A stretch of DNA of 63,893 nucleotides from an uncultured Bacilli bacterium (GCA_934096405.1 CAKOLW010000005.1:1-63893); one strand, 5' to 3'. Shown: positions 1 through 10,367, numbered from the stretch's first letter. Made by a program: numbers and translations. The notes: generated from the letters alone by a model not told the origin.

Positions 1-1149
1 ACAGGTACAACAACAAGTACTGGAGTCAAAATATCAAATATTACTTCTAGTCAAACTTGTAGTGTTACATTAAAATCTTTATCTCCTACATTGGCTGAGG
101 CAATACTAAGAGATAATCCAACAGTAAGTAAAAGAACAGATTTTACTGCTGGTTTTATTGATAATACAACAGGAACAATATTTAAGCAAGTAAGTACATC
201 AAGTGTACCAAAAACTGAAGATATGAATGGAGATGGTGTTGGAGAAGATGTATATTACTATGCGGGTAATACTACTAATAACTGGGTAAAGTTTGGAGGA
301 TTTTATTGGAGAATAATTCGTATAAATGAAGATAAAAGTATAAGAGTTCTTTACGCTGGACTTACAACTGATACTACAAATGGTTTTATAGCTTCTGGTA
401 CTCAATTTAGTAACAATACCACAGAAAGATTATATATTGGCTATATGTATGGAACAAGTGGCTCTTTAGAAAGCAGTAGAACTAATGAAAATAGTAGTAA
501 TATTAAGCAAGAAATTGATAAATTTTATGTTAATAATTTATTGAGCTATGATAAATATGTAAGTAAAGATGCAATATATTGTAATGATAGAAGCATAGGA
601 AGTGGTACTTATACATCAAATTCTATATATTTTGGCTCATGGATGAGAAATTATATAAATAAGTCCCCCTCATATAGATGTGGAGCAAATGTAAACAACG
701 GATTATATGAAAGTACACAAGCTATTGCAGATAAATTCAGTTCAAGTACTAATGGCGGAGGAAATGGTAAATTAAAATGTTCTGTTTATGGTTATACTGA
801 TAAAGATTGTCCAATAGCTCTTATGACGGCAGATGAAGTAGTATTCGCTGGTGGCATTACATCTAATGTTTTAAGTAGTCCGTATGCTTGGTACCTTACT
901 AATAGTGTAGGAACTTTTATAACAGGTACTACAAATTGGTGGCTTTTATCACCAAGTTATGTTCGATCTGCTAATGAACCAGAAATAACAGCAATTTTTT
1001 CTGGAATGCTTGCAAATATTGATTTAAAGTATACAGCACGTGTTATGGCTGTTAGGCCAGTATTGTCTTTAGCACCTTGTGCTAAAGTAACTGGAACAGG
1101 TACACCTACAGATCCATATATTGTTGATGAAACATATTCTACATGTTAA
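1..1149 (+). CDS. 3' part of a secreted/surface protein gene (open to the left window edge); its C-terminal domain is paralogous to that of 22484..24013
   Basis: The frame is open from base 1 (TGTTTSTGVK...), so the TTG at 91 is only the first in-window start. Colinear motifs are shared with 22484..24013: VYYYxGNTxxNWVKFG, YWRIIRxNEDxSxRxLYxG, GYMYGTSGSLESxRTNEN, SKDAIYCNDR, WWxxSP, VRPVxS. Confidence 0.8.
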   Translation, partial: TGTTTSTGVKISNITSSQTCSVTLKSLSPTLAEAILRDNPTVSKRTDFTAGFIDNTTGTIFKQVSTSSVPKTEDMNGDGVGEDVYYYAGNTTNNWVKFGGFYWRIIRINEDKSIRVLYAGLTTDTTNGFIASGTQFSNNTTERLYIGYMYGTSGSLESSRTNENSSNIKQEIDKFYVNNLLSYDKYVSKDAIYCNDRSIGSGTYTSNSIYFGSWMRNYINKSPSYRCGANVNNGLYESTQAIADKFSSSTNGGGNGKLKCSVYGYTDKDCPIALMTADEVVFAGGITSNVLSSPYAWYLTNSVGTFITGTTNWWLLSPSYVRSANEPEITAIFSGMLANIDLKYTARVMAVRPVLSLAPCAKVTGTGTPTDPYIVDETYSTC

Positions 1150-1158
1150 TGAGGCGTT

Positions 1159-1386
1159 ATGACAAACGAAGAACTAAAGATGATAATAGGAAATAATATA
1201 AAGAAGTATAGAAAGAAAAATGGTCTTACTCAGGATGAACTTGCTAGTTTAATTGGCTGTACTACTGCTTTGATAGGTGCTTTGGAAAGCTCTAAAATGT
1301 GTCAAGGAGTAAGTGTATATAATCTATATAAAATAAGTAGAGTGTTAAATGTTTCTATTGATAAATTATTTAAAGATGTTATATAA
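1159..1386 (+). CDS. XRE-family helix-turn-helix transcriptional regulator (75 aa)
   Basis: Typical Cro/CI HTH: IKKYRKKNGLTQDELASLIG...LYKISRVLNVSIDKLF. It starts 10 nt after the upstream stop. Confidence 0.8.
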   Translation: MTNEELKMIIGNNIKKYRKKNGLTQDELASLIGCTTALIGALESSKMCQGVSVYNLYKISRVLNVSIDKLFKDVI

Positions 1387-1393
1387 TTAAGTT

Positions 1394-1756
1394 ATGAAAG
1401 AATTATTGATAACAAATTTAATTTATTTTGTAATTTCATATTTAGTATTGTTTTTAATATATGTTTTAATTATTAATAGAAAAAGAAAAACTTATACTGA
1501 AGGTAAGAAAAATTTAGAAATTTATTATATAGTTAATAAGTTTAATTTAGATATGAGAAAGGTTAAGTATAATAAACTTAAATGGGCTTTAACTATTATA
1601 AATCCATTAATCATGAGTTTTACTTTTATAGTTGTAATAAATATTAAAAATATGTTTTTGGCTTTAATTATAGGTTTTTTAGTTATGATGGCTTTAATAT
1701 ATTCAATATATGAAATAATAGGTAGAATTTGCAAAAAGAAATATGAAAGTGTGTAG
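1394..1756 (+). CDS. Small integral membrane protein, unknown function
   Basis: 120 aa with three hydrophobic segments. It is tightly packed after the XRE gene and followed by a terminator. Confidence 0.55.
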   Translation: MKELLITNLIYFVISYLVLFLIYVLIINRKRKTYTEGKKNLEIYYIVNKFNLDMRKVKYNKLKWALTIINPLIMSFTFIVVINIKNMFLALIIGFLVMMALIYSIYEIIGRICKKKYESV

Positions 1757-1758
1757 TT

Positions 1759-1783
1759 AAGTTGAGAATTTCTCAACTTTTTA
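1759..1783 (+). terminator. Rho-independent terminator
   Basis: aagttgaga-att-tctcaactt stem-loop followed by a T run. Confidence 0.7.
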
Positions 1784-1987
1784 CTTTGTATGTTTCTGAA
1801 AATGACCTATTGAAAAATTAAATATAAAATAAAATGTAAAAAAATAGTGCATTTAGTTTAAGTTTTTTACATTATTAATAGCATAAAATTATAATTGTTC
1901 TCTTTATTTATTGGGTTAATTTTGGTAAAATATGTATGTACATGGTTTTACATAATGTGACATATTATTTATATAAGTAGTTGTAAA

Positions 1988-2185
1988 ATGATTATGGTGA
2001 ATAGTATGTATACAGTAAAGGTATTTGATGAGTCTCATGAAAAGGATTTAGAAAATAAGGTGAATTCTTTTTTGAGGACTATAGGTAGTAAGAAAATAAT
2101 AGATATAAAGTATCAAGTAAGTATAGGAATATTTAGTAGTGAACAGATATATTGCTTTAGTGCGATGATAATTTATATAGATTGA
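1988..2185 (+). CDS. Cse60/YteV-like small sporulation protein
   Basis: VKVFDESHEKDLENKVNSFL...IIDIKYQV...EQIYCFSAMIIY matches the Cse60 family pattern from memory. The real start may be the ATG at 2006 (MYTVKVFDE). Confidence 0.6.
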   Translation: MIMVNSMYTVKVFDESHEKDLENKVNSFLRTIGSKKIIDIKYQVSIGIFSSEQIYCFSAMIIYID

Positions 2186-2193
2186 GAGGTTAT

Positions 2194-3819
2194 ATGAAGA
2201 AGAATTCTTTTGTAGAAGGTACATTTATTGCAACTTTTTCAATAATATTAGTTAAAATATTAGGTGTTTTATATGTTATACCTTTTTATAAGATTATTGG
2301 AGAAAGTGGTGGTGCTTTATATAGTTATGCTTATAATGTTTATAATTTGTTTTTAAATATTAGTACAGCAGGTATACCAGTTGCGATTAGTAAGATTATT
2401 AGTGAGTATAATACTTTGGAAATGTATGAAGCTAAAGAAAGATCATTTAAGCTAGCTAAGAGAATTATAGGAATTATTGCTTTGATTGCATTCTTTGTTT
2501 TATTTGTATTTGCTAAAGAGATAGCAGTTTTAATACTTGGTGATATAAGTGGTGGGAATAGTTTAAATGATGTTGCTTTTGTTATTAGATGTGTATCATT
2601 TTGTTTACTTATTATACCTTTTTTATCTGTTACTAAGGGTTATTTACAAGGACATAAATATATTACACCTTCTAGTGTTAGTCAAGTAATTGAACAAGTT
2701 GTTAGAATTGCAGTTATACTTATGGGTTCTTATATAATTATTAATGTTCTAAATAAAAGTGTTAGTTTAGGCGTGGGTGTTGCAGTTTCTGGTGCTTTCT
2801 TTGGAGGAGTAGTAGCTTACATTTATTTACTTATTAAAATGAAAAAGAATAAGGATGAATTTAAAGTTTCTACTAAACCTGATAAAGTAAGTGATAAGGA
2901 AATAATTAAAAAGATACTTAATTATGCATTACCTTTAATTATAGTTAGTATTGCTACTGATATTTATAGTTTAACTGATATGACTTTAGTTTTAAAGGCT
3001 AGTTATAAACTTGGATATACTGGTAGTGAAAGTGAACTTATTTCAAGTATTATTTCTACTTGGACACCTAAAATATGTATGATAATTAATGCAGTTGCGA
3101 TAGGACTTTCTACTAGTTTGATACCACATATGGTTAGTAGTTTTGTTAAGAAAGATATGACTGAAGCAAATAAGAAGTTTAATCAGGCGATAAGTATTAT
3201 TATTGTTAGTACTTTACCTTTAAGTGTGGGTATTGCTTATTTATCTAGACCTATTTATACATTGTTTTATGGTTATAGTTTATATGGAACATTAATTTTA
3301 AGATATACAGCATTTCAAGCATTGTTTGCAAGTATATATATAGTTATAAGTATGGCTTTACAAAGTCTTAATATGTTTAAAGTAGTTTATAAGAGTACTA
3401 TATTAGGCTTTTTGACTAATGCTATATTGGATGTACCACTTATGTATTTGATGAAGAAATTAGGTACTCATGCTTTTTATGGTGCAATAATTGCGACTAT
3501 TCTTGGTTATGTTTTATCTTATGCGATAAGTTTAAGTTCATTGAAAAAACAATTAGGATTTAGTTTTAAAGGAATAGTAGATACTATTAAAAAAAGTATG
3601 TTACCAATATTAAGTATGACATGTGTACTTATTCTAATAAACTTATTTTTAAAGTTAAATGTTAGTGGAAGTATTAAAATATTTATAACTTGTTTAATTT
3701 ATGCATTAGTGGGTGGTTTTGTTTATTTAAGTATTTCTTATAAGATTGGATTACTTGAAAGTGTATTTGAAAAAGAGTTTATAGATAAAATATTTAAAAA
3801 ATTAAAAATTAGGAGGTAA
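2194..3819 (+). CDS. MOP-superfamily flippase (SpoVB/YtgP/MurJ-like polysaccharide or lipid II flippase)
   Basis: ~540 aa polytopic membrane protein. The N-terminus GTFIATFSIILVKILGVLYVIPFYKIIG and overall layout are typical of SpoVB/YtgP. The ATG at 2194 follows a gagagg SD. Confidence 0.75.
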   Translation: MKKNSFVEGTFIATFSIILVKILGVLYVIPFYKIIGESGGALYSYAYNVYNLFLNISTAGIPVAISKIISEYNTLEMYEAKERSFKLAKRIIGIIALIAFFVLFVFAKEIAVLILGDISGGNSLNDVAFVIRCVSFCLLIIPFLSVTKGYLQGHKYITPSSVSQVIEQVVRIAVILMGSYIIINVLNKSVSLGVGVAVSGAFFGGVVAYIYLLIKMKKNKDEFKVSTKPDKVSDKEIIKKILNYALPLIIVSIATDIYSLTDMTLVLKASYKLGYTGSESELISSIISTWTPKICMIINAVAIGLSTSLIPHMVSSFVKKDMTEANKKFNQAISIIIVSTLPLSVGIAYLSRPIYTLFYGYSLYGTLILRYTAFQALFASIYIVISMALQSLNMFKVVYKSTILGFLTNAILDVPLMYLMKKLGTHAFYGAIIATILGYVLSYAISLSSLKKQLGFSFKGIVDTIKKSMLPILSMTCVLILINLFLKLNVSGSIKIFITCLIYALVGGFVYLSISYKIGLLESVFEKEFIDKIFKKLKIRR

Positions 3820-3821
3820 TT

Positions 3822-4721
3822 ATGTTAATATTAAAGAATGTTACTAAATATTATGGAAGTAATTTAGCTGTTGATAATTTGTCTTTTGAAGTTAAAGATG
3901 GCGAAATTTTTGGATTATTGGGAGTTAATGGTGCTGGTAAAACAACTACATTTAGAATGATAACGGGATTACTTGATAAAACAGAAGGAGAAATTACTTT
4001 TAATGGAAAAAAGATAGATTATAGTGTTACTGATAAAATAGGGTTTTTAGCTGAAGAAAGATGTTTATTAACTAAGTTAACTGTATTTGAACAAGCAAAG
4101 TTCTATGGTGGACTTAAGAGTATGAGTGAAAAAGATATTGAAAGTAGATTAGATTATTTATTAGATAAGCTAGAAATAAGTGATTATAAGAATAAAAAGA
4201 TTAAAGAGTTATCTAAAGGTAATCAACAAAAAGTTCAGTTTATTATGGCTATTTTACATAAACCTAAGTTACTAATATTAGATGAACCTTTTAGTGGATT
4301 GGATCCTATAAATATAGAGTTATTTAAAAATTTAATTTTAGAATTAAAGCATGAAGGAACTAGTATAATATTCTCTAGTCATAGAATGGATCATGTAGAG
4401 TATTTTTGTGAATCATTAGTTATATTAGTTAAAGGTAAGACTGTTTTACAAGGTAATTTAAAGAAAATTAAAGAAGAGTATAGAAAGAAAAATATATTAA
4501 TAAATGGGAGTATTGATACTGAAGAAATTAAAAAAGTTAATGGAGTGTTGGATGTTCAAAAGAATGGACAAGATTATTCTGTTAAGATATTAGATGATTC
4601 TAAAGTAGAGAATGTGTTTAAGTATGTTAGTAAATGTAAGAATATTACTAAGTTTATAGTTGAAGAACCTTCTTTGAATGAAATATTTATTGAAAGAGTA
4701 GGTGGATCTTATGAAAAATAA
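3822..4721 (+). CDS. ABC transporter ATP-binding protein
   Basis: Walker A GVNGAGKTT, signature LSKGNQQK, Walker B LLILDEP. Confidence 0.9.
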   Translation: MLILKNVTKYYGSNLAVDNLSFEVKDGEIFGLLGVNGAGKTTTFRMITGLLDKTEGEITFNGKKIDYSVTDKIGFLAEERCLLTKLTVFEQAKFYGGLKSMSEKDIESRLDYLLDKLEISDYKNKKIKELSKGNQQKVQFIMAILHKPKLLILDEPFSGLDPINIELFKNLILELKHEGTSIIFSSHRMDHVEYFCESLVILVKGKTVLQGNLKKIKEEYRKKNILINGSIDTEEIKKVNGVLDVQKNGQDYSVKILDDSKVENVFKYVSKCKNITKFIVEEPSLNEIFIERVGGSYEK

Positions 4722-6027
4722 ATTAAAGTTATTAATTAAAGATGGATTAAATAAAAAGATTAATACTAAATGGTTTAAAGTTGTTAATATTATTTTATTA
4801 GTTGTAATAGTGGGACTTATTAATATAGATAATATTATTAAGTTCTTTGGTGGTAATTTTGATGATCCGATTGTTATATATGTTATAGATAACACTAATA
4901 AATATTATGAGGCTATTAAGAGTGGTTATGATAATATTGATTTGAGTGCTCTTGGTTCTGAAAGTGAAATTAAACTTGCAGATAAATCACTGGATGAATT
5001 AAAAGAAGAAATGGTTAATGATGAGAGTAATGATATTATATTAGTTATTAATAGTAATAACGGAAAAGTAGTCGCAGATGTTATCTCTTATAATTATGTT
5101 GATGCTGTTACTTTGCAAGTGTTAAATTCTACTTTATCTTCAGTTAAAACTAATATTGCATTGATGGAAAGTAGTTTAACAGAAGAAGAACTTGCTAGTA
5201 TTTATGAACCTGTAGAAATTAATAGAAGTTATTTAAGTGATAATTTAGATGAGAATAATGAGTTAATGAGTTATATTGGTAATTTTATTATTCCTATGTT
5301 TATAATACCTTTCTTCTTACTAATAATTATGGTTACTCAGATGATTGGAGCAGAAATAAATGAAGAAAAGAGTTCTAAGAGTATGGAAATTATTATTACT
5401 AGTGTTCCAGCAAGACTTCATTTTATTTCTAAGATTATAACAGCTAATGTTTATGCTATTTTACAAAGTTTATTGTTTGTTTTATATTTTGGTATAGGTA
5501 TATTAATTAGAAGACTAGTGACTGGTACTAGTTTAATTAGTGGTCTAGATAGCCAAATAGGAAATGTAGTTAATCAATTTATTCAAAGCGGAACATTAGA
5601 TAATTTATTAAAATGTTTACCAGTTACAATTATAATGATTTTATTAAGTTTTGTAGCATATTCTTTAATCGCAGGTATACTTGCTAGTATGACTACTAAT
5701 CAAGAAGATTTTCAACAACTACAATCACCTATGATGATGATTATAATGGCTGGTTACTTTCTAGCAATACTTGCATCTACTTATGAAAAGAGTACATTTA
5801 TAACAATTGTTTCTGTAATACCATTTATTTCATGTATATTGAGTCCAGTATTACTTATGATGGGACAAATAGGAATAGTACATGTGTTAATTAGTATATT
5901 GCTTTTAATATTAACTTTATATTTACTTATTAAATATGGTTTAAGAGTTTATAAAGTCGGTATATTAAATTATAGTTCTAGTAATTTATGGAAGAAGATT
6001 TTAGAAGGAATTAAATCTAAAGAATAA
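4711..6027 (+). CDS. ABC-2 type transporter permease
   Basis: N-terminal TM, a large extracytoplasmic loop, then about 5 C-terminal TMs. It overlaps the ATPase stop. The ATG at 4711 follows an aggtgga SD. Confidence 0.8.
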   Translation: MKNKLKLLIKDGLNKKINTKWFKVVNIILLVVIVGLINIDNIIKFFGGNFDDPIVIYVIDNTNKYYEAIKSGYDNIDLSALGSESEIKLADKSLDELKEEMVNDESNDIILVINSNNGKVVADVISYNYVDAVTLQVLNSTLSSVKTNIALMESSLTEEELASIYEPVEINRSYLSDNLDENNELMSYIGNFIIPMFIIPFFLLIIMVTQMIGAEINEEKSSKSMEIIITSVPARLHFISKIITANVYAILQSLLFVLYFGIGILIRRLVTGTSLISGLDSQIGNVVNQFIQSGTLDNLLKCLPVTIIMILLSFVAYSLIAGILASMTTNQEDFQQLQSPMMMIIMAGYFLAILASTYEKSTFITIVSVIPFISCILSPVLLMMGQIGIVHVLISILLLILTLYLLIKYGLRVYKVGILNYSSSNLWKKILEGIKSKE

Positions 6028-6051
6028 CTACTCTGATGTGAGTAGTTTTTT
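6026..6051 (+). terminator. Rho-independent terminator
   Basis: aactactc-tgatgt-gagtagtt stem followed by TTTT. Confidence 0.75.
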
Positions 6052-6312
6052 CTTGTTTAGTATAATTATGTTAAGAGTAGAGATACTATGAAAAAATTAT
6101 ATGCTACAAATTTTGATAAAACATTTTATAAAAATGAAAACGATTTAGAGATAAAAGAAATATATTTTCGATTGTTACTGGATGTTGTGTGAAATGTTTT
6201 GATGTTGTTAAGAAATGATTTGATTAAATTTTATTATAAAGATAAAAGATAAAAGTATACTTGAAGAATTAAGCTAATTTATTGTATAATTTTGGTAGGA
6301 AGGATGATTTAT

Positions 6313-6990
6313 ATGAAGAAAGAAAATATTTTATGGGGATTAGGATTTATTATAGTAGGAATTTTGGTGTTGGTTAATGCATTAGGAATTCTAGAAATTA
6401 ATGTATTTTTTAAAGGATGGTGGACTTTATTTATTATAGTACCTTGTTTTGTTAATATTTTTAAAGATAATGATAAGACTGCGAGTATTATAGGAACTGT
6501 GTTTGGTATACTTTTATTGCTTGCTGTGAGAGATGTTATTAATTTTGATTTGTTATGGAAAATATTATTACCTTTAGTATTAATCATTATAGGGTTATCT
6601 CTTATATTTAAAGACAAAGTTAGTGATAAGGTAAAAGATGAAATTAAAAAGTTAAATAAAAATAGTAAAGATGAGTATACTGCTACTTTTTCAGGACAAG
6701 ATTTAAATTTCGATGATGAAGAATTTAAGGGATGTGAACTTAATGCTATATTTGGTGGTATTAAATGTGATATAAAGAATGCTAAGTTAAAAGATGATGT
6801 AGTTATTAATGCTTCTTCTATATTTGGTGGTATTACTTTATATGTTCCAAAAGATGTTAATGTAAAGGTAGTTAGTAATTCTATTTTTGGTGGAGTTTCT
6901 GGTAATTATAATAAAAATAAAAGTGATAAAAAAGGTAAAACTATCTATGTAAATGCTACTTGTTTATTTGGAGGAGTTGAAATTAAATGA
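6313..6990 (+). CDS. LiaF-like cell-wall-active antibiotic response membrane protein
   Basis: N-terminal TM bundle plus a C-terminal repeated FGG motif (IFGGIKCDI, IFGGITLYVP, IFGGVSG, LFGGVEIK). The ATG at 6313 has an aggaagg SD. Confidence 0.7.
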   Translation: MKKENILWGLGFIIVGILVLVNALGILEINVFFKGWWTLFIIVPCFVNIFKDNDKTASIIGTVFGILLLLAVRDVINFDLLWKILLPLVLIIIGLSLIFKDKVSDKVKDEIKKLNKNSKDEYTATFSGQDLNFDDEEFKGCELNAIFGGIKCDIKNAKLKDDVVINASSIFGGITLYVPKDVNVKVVSNSIFGGVSGNYNKNKSDKKGKTIYVNATCLFGGVEIK

Positions 6991-7775
6991 CACAGGCACA
7001 AAAAGTAATTAAGTATTTTGCTTATGCCTTAGCAATATTTATTATAATTAGTATATTTTTTTTAGTGATTGAAGTTGTTAAAGGAGTATGTGGAATATAT
7101 GAAGATAATGATATCAACCTTGGTGAAGTAAATTATAATAATTATTTAGAATTAGATGTTTCTGGTGTTGATTTATATATTGAAAATGGTGATTTGTTAA
7201 AAGCAGAATCAGATAGTAAAAAAATTAATGTTAAACAAGATGGTAATAAATTAGTTATTAAAGAGAAAAATGGTGTGTTATTAAATAAAAATAAAACAGT
7301 TATAAAATTAACTGTTCCAAAAGATTTAGAGTTTGATTATGTTAAAATAGATACTGGTGCAGGAAATTTAAATATTGATAGTCTTACAACTAAAAATTTA
7401 GATATTGATATGGGTGCAGGAAATTTAAAAGTTAATAGTTTAGTTGTTAGTAATGATGCAGATATAGATGGAGGCGTTGGAGATATTAATCTTAATGATG
7501 TACGTATTAGCGATTTAAACTTAAATTTAGGTGCTGGTTCAACAATTATTTCAGGAAATATTTTTGGTAGTGCTGATATAGATACTGGCGTTGGAAATTT
7601 CACTTTAAATTTAAAAGATAAGTCAGATAAGTTTACTTTTGATGTTAGTAAAGGAATTGGTAGTATTTTAATTAATGATGAAAAAATCAACGATGATAGA
7701 GTTATTGGTAATGGTAAAATAAAAATAGAAATAGATGGTGGAGTAGGAAATATAGAAATTAATACTAGATATTAG
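6987..7775 (+). CDS. DUF4097-type beta-strand repeat protein (LiaG/YvlB-like putative adhesin fold)
   Basis: N-terminal TM, then repeated G(A/V)G(N/D)(L/I)N(I/L) strands (DTGAGNLNID, DMGAGNLKVN, DGGVGDINLN, DTGVGNFTLN, DGGVGNIEIN). It overlaps the LiaF-like gene by 4 nt. Confidence 0.7.
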   Translation: MTQAQKVIKYFAYALAIFIIISIFFLVIEVVKGVCGIYEDNDINLGEVNYNNYLELDVSGVDLYIENGDLLKAESDSKKINVKQDGNKLVIKEKNGVLLNKNKTVIKLTVPKDLEFDYVKIDTGAGNLNIDSLTTKNLDIDMGAGNLKVNSLVVSNDADIDGGVGDINLNDVRISDLNLNLGAGSTIISGNIFGSADIDTGVGNFTLNLKDKSDKFTFDVSKGIGSILINDEKINDDRVIGNGKIKIEIDGGVGNIEINTRY

Positions 7776-7815
7776 TTTCTATTTTTTCTAAGTAGTGATA
7801 TAATTATTTTGTGAT

Positions 7816-7889
7816 TACCCTGTAGCCAAGTGGTAAGGCAGTGGATTCTGACTCCACCACCATAGGTTCGAATCCTATCAGGGTAACCA
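7816..7889 (+). tRNA. tRNA-Gln (anticodon CTG)
   Basis: Hand-folded cloverleaf: acceptor TACCCTG/CAGGGTA (U1:A72 as in bacterial tRNA-Gln), anticodon arm GTGGA-TTCTGAC-TCCAC, T arm ATAGG-TTCGAAT-CCTAT, encoded CCA. Confidence 0.9.
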
Positions 7890-7902
7890 ATTAGTTAATT
7901 AT

Positions 7903-7926
7903 TCCCATTTGTGTGGGATTTTTTAA
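7903..7926 (+). terminator. Rho-independent terminator after tRNA-Gln
   Basis: tccca-tttgtg-tggga followed by a T run. Confidence 0.65.
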
Positions 7927-8112
7927 TTATTAAAAATTGGAACTTATTAAAATAAGTTCCAATAGTAGAAGCCTATTTTTTTAGGCAAAAAACCTTCCAT
8001 TTTGTGTTTAACCTATAAGGTCGCCGAAGCTAGGCTGGGACTACTAACTCCCGTCAATATATAATATATATACTATATTAAAATTATATAATTTTTTTGT
8101 ATTCTGTCAAGG

Positions 8113-9213
8113 TTATTTTGCATATTTTTTTAATTTTCCAACTAATGGTATGATGATTGTTATTGATAAGTATGCTAAACTAATAGGTAATATTAAGTAT
8201 GCATATTTTATTTTTAATTTAGTTAAATATGTCTCATATGGTAAAGTCATGATAGTTATAAATACAAAGGATAGAATAAGTAATATAAATAATATTTTTT
8301 TAACTTTTTTATTTTTGAATAAATGATTAACTAAATATTTAATAAATAATAAGCTATAGCCACACGCATAAGACATGAATAAAACGAGTACTAAGATATT
8401 TAGATTTTCTAAGTTATCTAAGAAACTGAATACATTCATAGTTTTTAGTACTGCGTATGAAGGGTAGTTATAAAGTGAAGCAATGTTATATCCTAACACT
8501 CCTAAGATAACTATAGAGATGATACTACTTGATATAAAAGATATTATGTAAGATAGTGTTAGTTTTTTTGTTAACTTTGTATTATCTACTATATTATTTT
8601 TAGGTATTAATAAAAGTAAAAATAATGGAGACATGTAAACTAATATATATGTTATAGAAGATTTACTAAGTATATTAAAAGTATTGTTTAGTAATGGTTT
8701 AAAGTTACTTAGATCTATATCTTGAGTAAGTGTAAAAGCATTTGTAAGATACATTATAAGTCCTAGTGCTAGAGAAATAACAGCTATTCTAGAGGATGTT
8801 CCTACATCAAAACATGAAAAATATATTATTTGAGTTACTAGAATAATTGGTATTACATAGTCAGGACTTTCTGTTAAAAATTCACTTGATATAAATGTAC
8901 TTATTCTAAAAAATATTATACTTAGAAATGCAAATGTTAAAATTAAAATTAATATATTAAGTAGTTTAGCTAGTGGTTTAGGAAAAGTATAGTCTATTTT
9001 TTCAAATAAATTCTTGTCTGGTAAATAGTTAAATAATTTAAAGAAAATAAATAATAATATAAATCCTAGTATAAAACTTATTCCTAAACTAATAATTAAA
9101 CTTGTTTTTGTTTCAGTGATTAGATAAGGTATTAATATACCTAGTAATGTGGAATTTATTAATAAAATAAACATTATAGAGAAGGTAATACTATTTAACT
9201 TATATTTATTCAT
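8113..9213 (-). CDS. Spore germination protein, GerAB/GerKB-type permease subunit
   Basis: 366 aa with about 10 TMs. It is the last gene of an A-C-B germinant receptor operon. Confidence 0.85.
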   Translation of the reverse strand: MNKYKLNSITFSIMFILLINSTLLGILIPYLITETKTSLIISLGISFILGFILLFIFFKLFNYLPDKNLFEKIDYTFPKPLAKLLNILILILTFAFLSIIFFRISTFISSEFLTESPDYVIPIILVTQIIYFSCFDVGTSSRIAVISLALGLIMYLTNAFTLTQDIDLSNFKPLLNNTFNILSKSSITYILVYMSPLFLLLLIPKNNIVDNTKLTKKLTLSYIISFISSSIISIVILGVLGYNIASLYNYPSYAVLKTMNVFSFLDNLENLNILVLVLFMSYACGYSLLFIKYLVNHLFKNKKVKKILFILLILSFVFITIMTLPYETYLTKLKIKYAYLILPISLAYLSITIIIPLVGKLKKYAK

Positions 9214-10367
9214 TATACTTCCTCCTTTAAATTACCTTGTTTATATATATTTACTTCGACTTTATAGTCAAAATTTAATTTGTTTAATCCTTCTTTATTC
9301 CAATTATTTTTGTCAAAATTAAAATATTTTGGATTACTTTTATAAATATAGTTACCTAAACCTATAAAGTCAGAATTATTTTCTTTAGATTTACCTATTA
9401 CTTTTTTATAATAATTTTCTATTGTATCTTCAACTTTATTGCTTATTTTGTTTAGAGTTTTTTTATTGTCAAATTGTTCAGTACAACCATAATAGACTAA
9501 TTCTGCTTCTATATCACTTGATATTATAATTTTGTCTTCTTTAAGTTTATCTTTAAGCTTTGTTTTACTTGTTAAAGTCTCTACTGTGTAATAACCACCT
9601 TCACATTCTGTAGTAATAGTAGCGTTTTTAATATTATTATTTATAAAATTATATCCAAACATCTCATCATCAGTTAAATGAATTATTTCTTTTTTGTCAT
9701 TTATAAATACTAAATCTTTTAATTCTATATAACTAGGTGTATTACTATTTTGTAGATTATCTATATTTTGACTGTCTTCTATACTTCCATTTAAAACTAT
9801 ATTTGGAATTAATATATCTTTACCGTTTTCTAGGTAATCACTTAGAAATTTTTTCATAGTAAGAGAATAAGATAACCCATATCTTGATTCACTTAGACTA
9901 ACAATATTATATAAATTAGTTGCTGGGTTTATTTCAAATTCACTTAATGAAGATAAGATATCTATTGGATCATTTTCTGTACATGTTACAACTATAAAGT
10001 TCATTGATAGTCTAGTATCTCTAGATAAAAAATCTATTATTTCATTTAAATCATCAGTTAAAATTGATTTATCTAGTATTACATATTTTACATCGGCTAA
10101 AAAGAATATCTTAGAACTCTTTAAATTTAAACTTCTAGCGGCATCAAATATAGTTTTACCTTTACCTGAGACTATTGTTATTGGGCTTTCTTCTACACCG
10201 TTTTTACCTGCTTCCATTATGTTTACTAATTGTAAGTCTAGTTCATATTCATTATCAACTTTTTTTATTCCAAATGCAGTTATAATACCTAGTTCATTGA
10301 GTTCTCTATAATTTGATGAACAACCTGTTAGTAATAATAAACTTAAAATTAATAATAATTTTTTCAT
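9213..10367 (-). CDS. Spore germination lipoprotein, Ger(x)C family
   Basis: Lipobox LLLTGCSS, about 384 aa, positioned between the A and B subunits. Confidence 0.85.
   Translation of the reverse strand: MKKLLLILSLLLLTGCSSNYRELNELGIITAFGIKKVDNEYELDLQLVNIMEAGKNGVEESPITIVSGKGKTIFDAARSLNLKSSKIFFLADVKYVILDKSILTDDLNEIIDFLSRDTRLSMNFIVVTCTENDPIDILSSLSEFEINPATNLYNIVSLSESRYGLSYSLTMKKFLSDYLENGKDILIPNIVLNGSIEDSQNIDNLQNSNTPSYIELKDLVFINDKKEIIHLTDDEMFGYNFINNNIKNATITTECEGGYYTVETLTSKTKLKDKLKEDKIIISSDIEAELVYYGCTEQFDNKKTLNKISNKVEDTIENYYKKVIGKSKENNSDFIGLGNYIYKSNPKYFNFDKNNWNKEGLNKLNFDYKVEVNIYKQGNLKEEV

Noticed and set aside
199-405. Antisense or overlapping ORFs from the track. They are 199..405, 1525..1776, 4590..4895, 6309..6617, 7337..7690, 10371..10634, 11193..11390, 18359..18550, 20267..20455, 21772..22008, 25942..26598, 28295..28486, 39077..39265, 41775..42131, 44902..45192, 54146..54349, 54232..54477, 57992..58222, 60522..60854, 60960..61157, 61413..61667 and 62843..63040.
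   Set aside because: All lie inside, and opposite to or out of frame with, much longer genes that have clear family signatures, or inside the element origin region. They have low-complexity Ile/Leu/Ser/Phe-rich translations, typical of shadow ORFs in AT-rich DNA, and no SD sequences.
6088-6192. 34-codon ORF MKKLYATNFDKTFYKNENDLEIKEIYFRLLLDVV, resembling the N-terminus of a Cof-type HAD hydrolase.
   Set aside because: It is too short, the catalytic DxD is altered (NFD), and there is no continuation in any frame. At best it is a gene remnant, so it is not reported as a feature.
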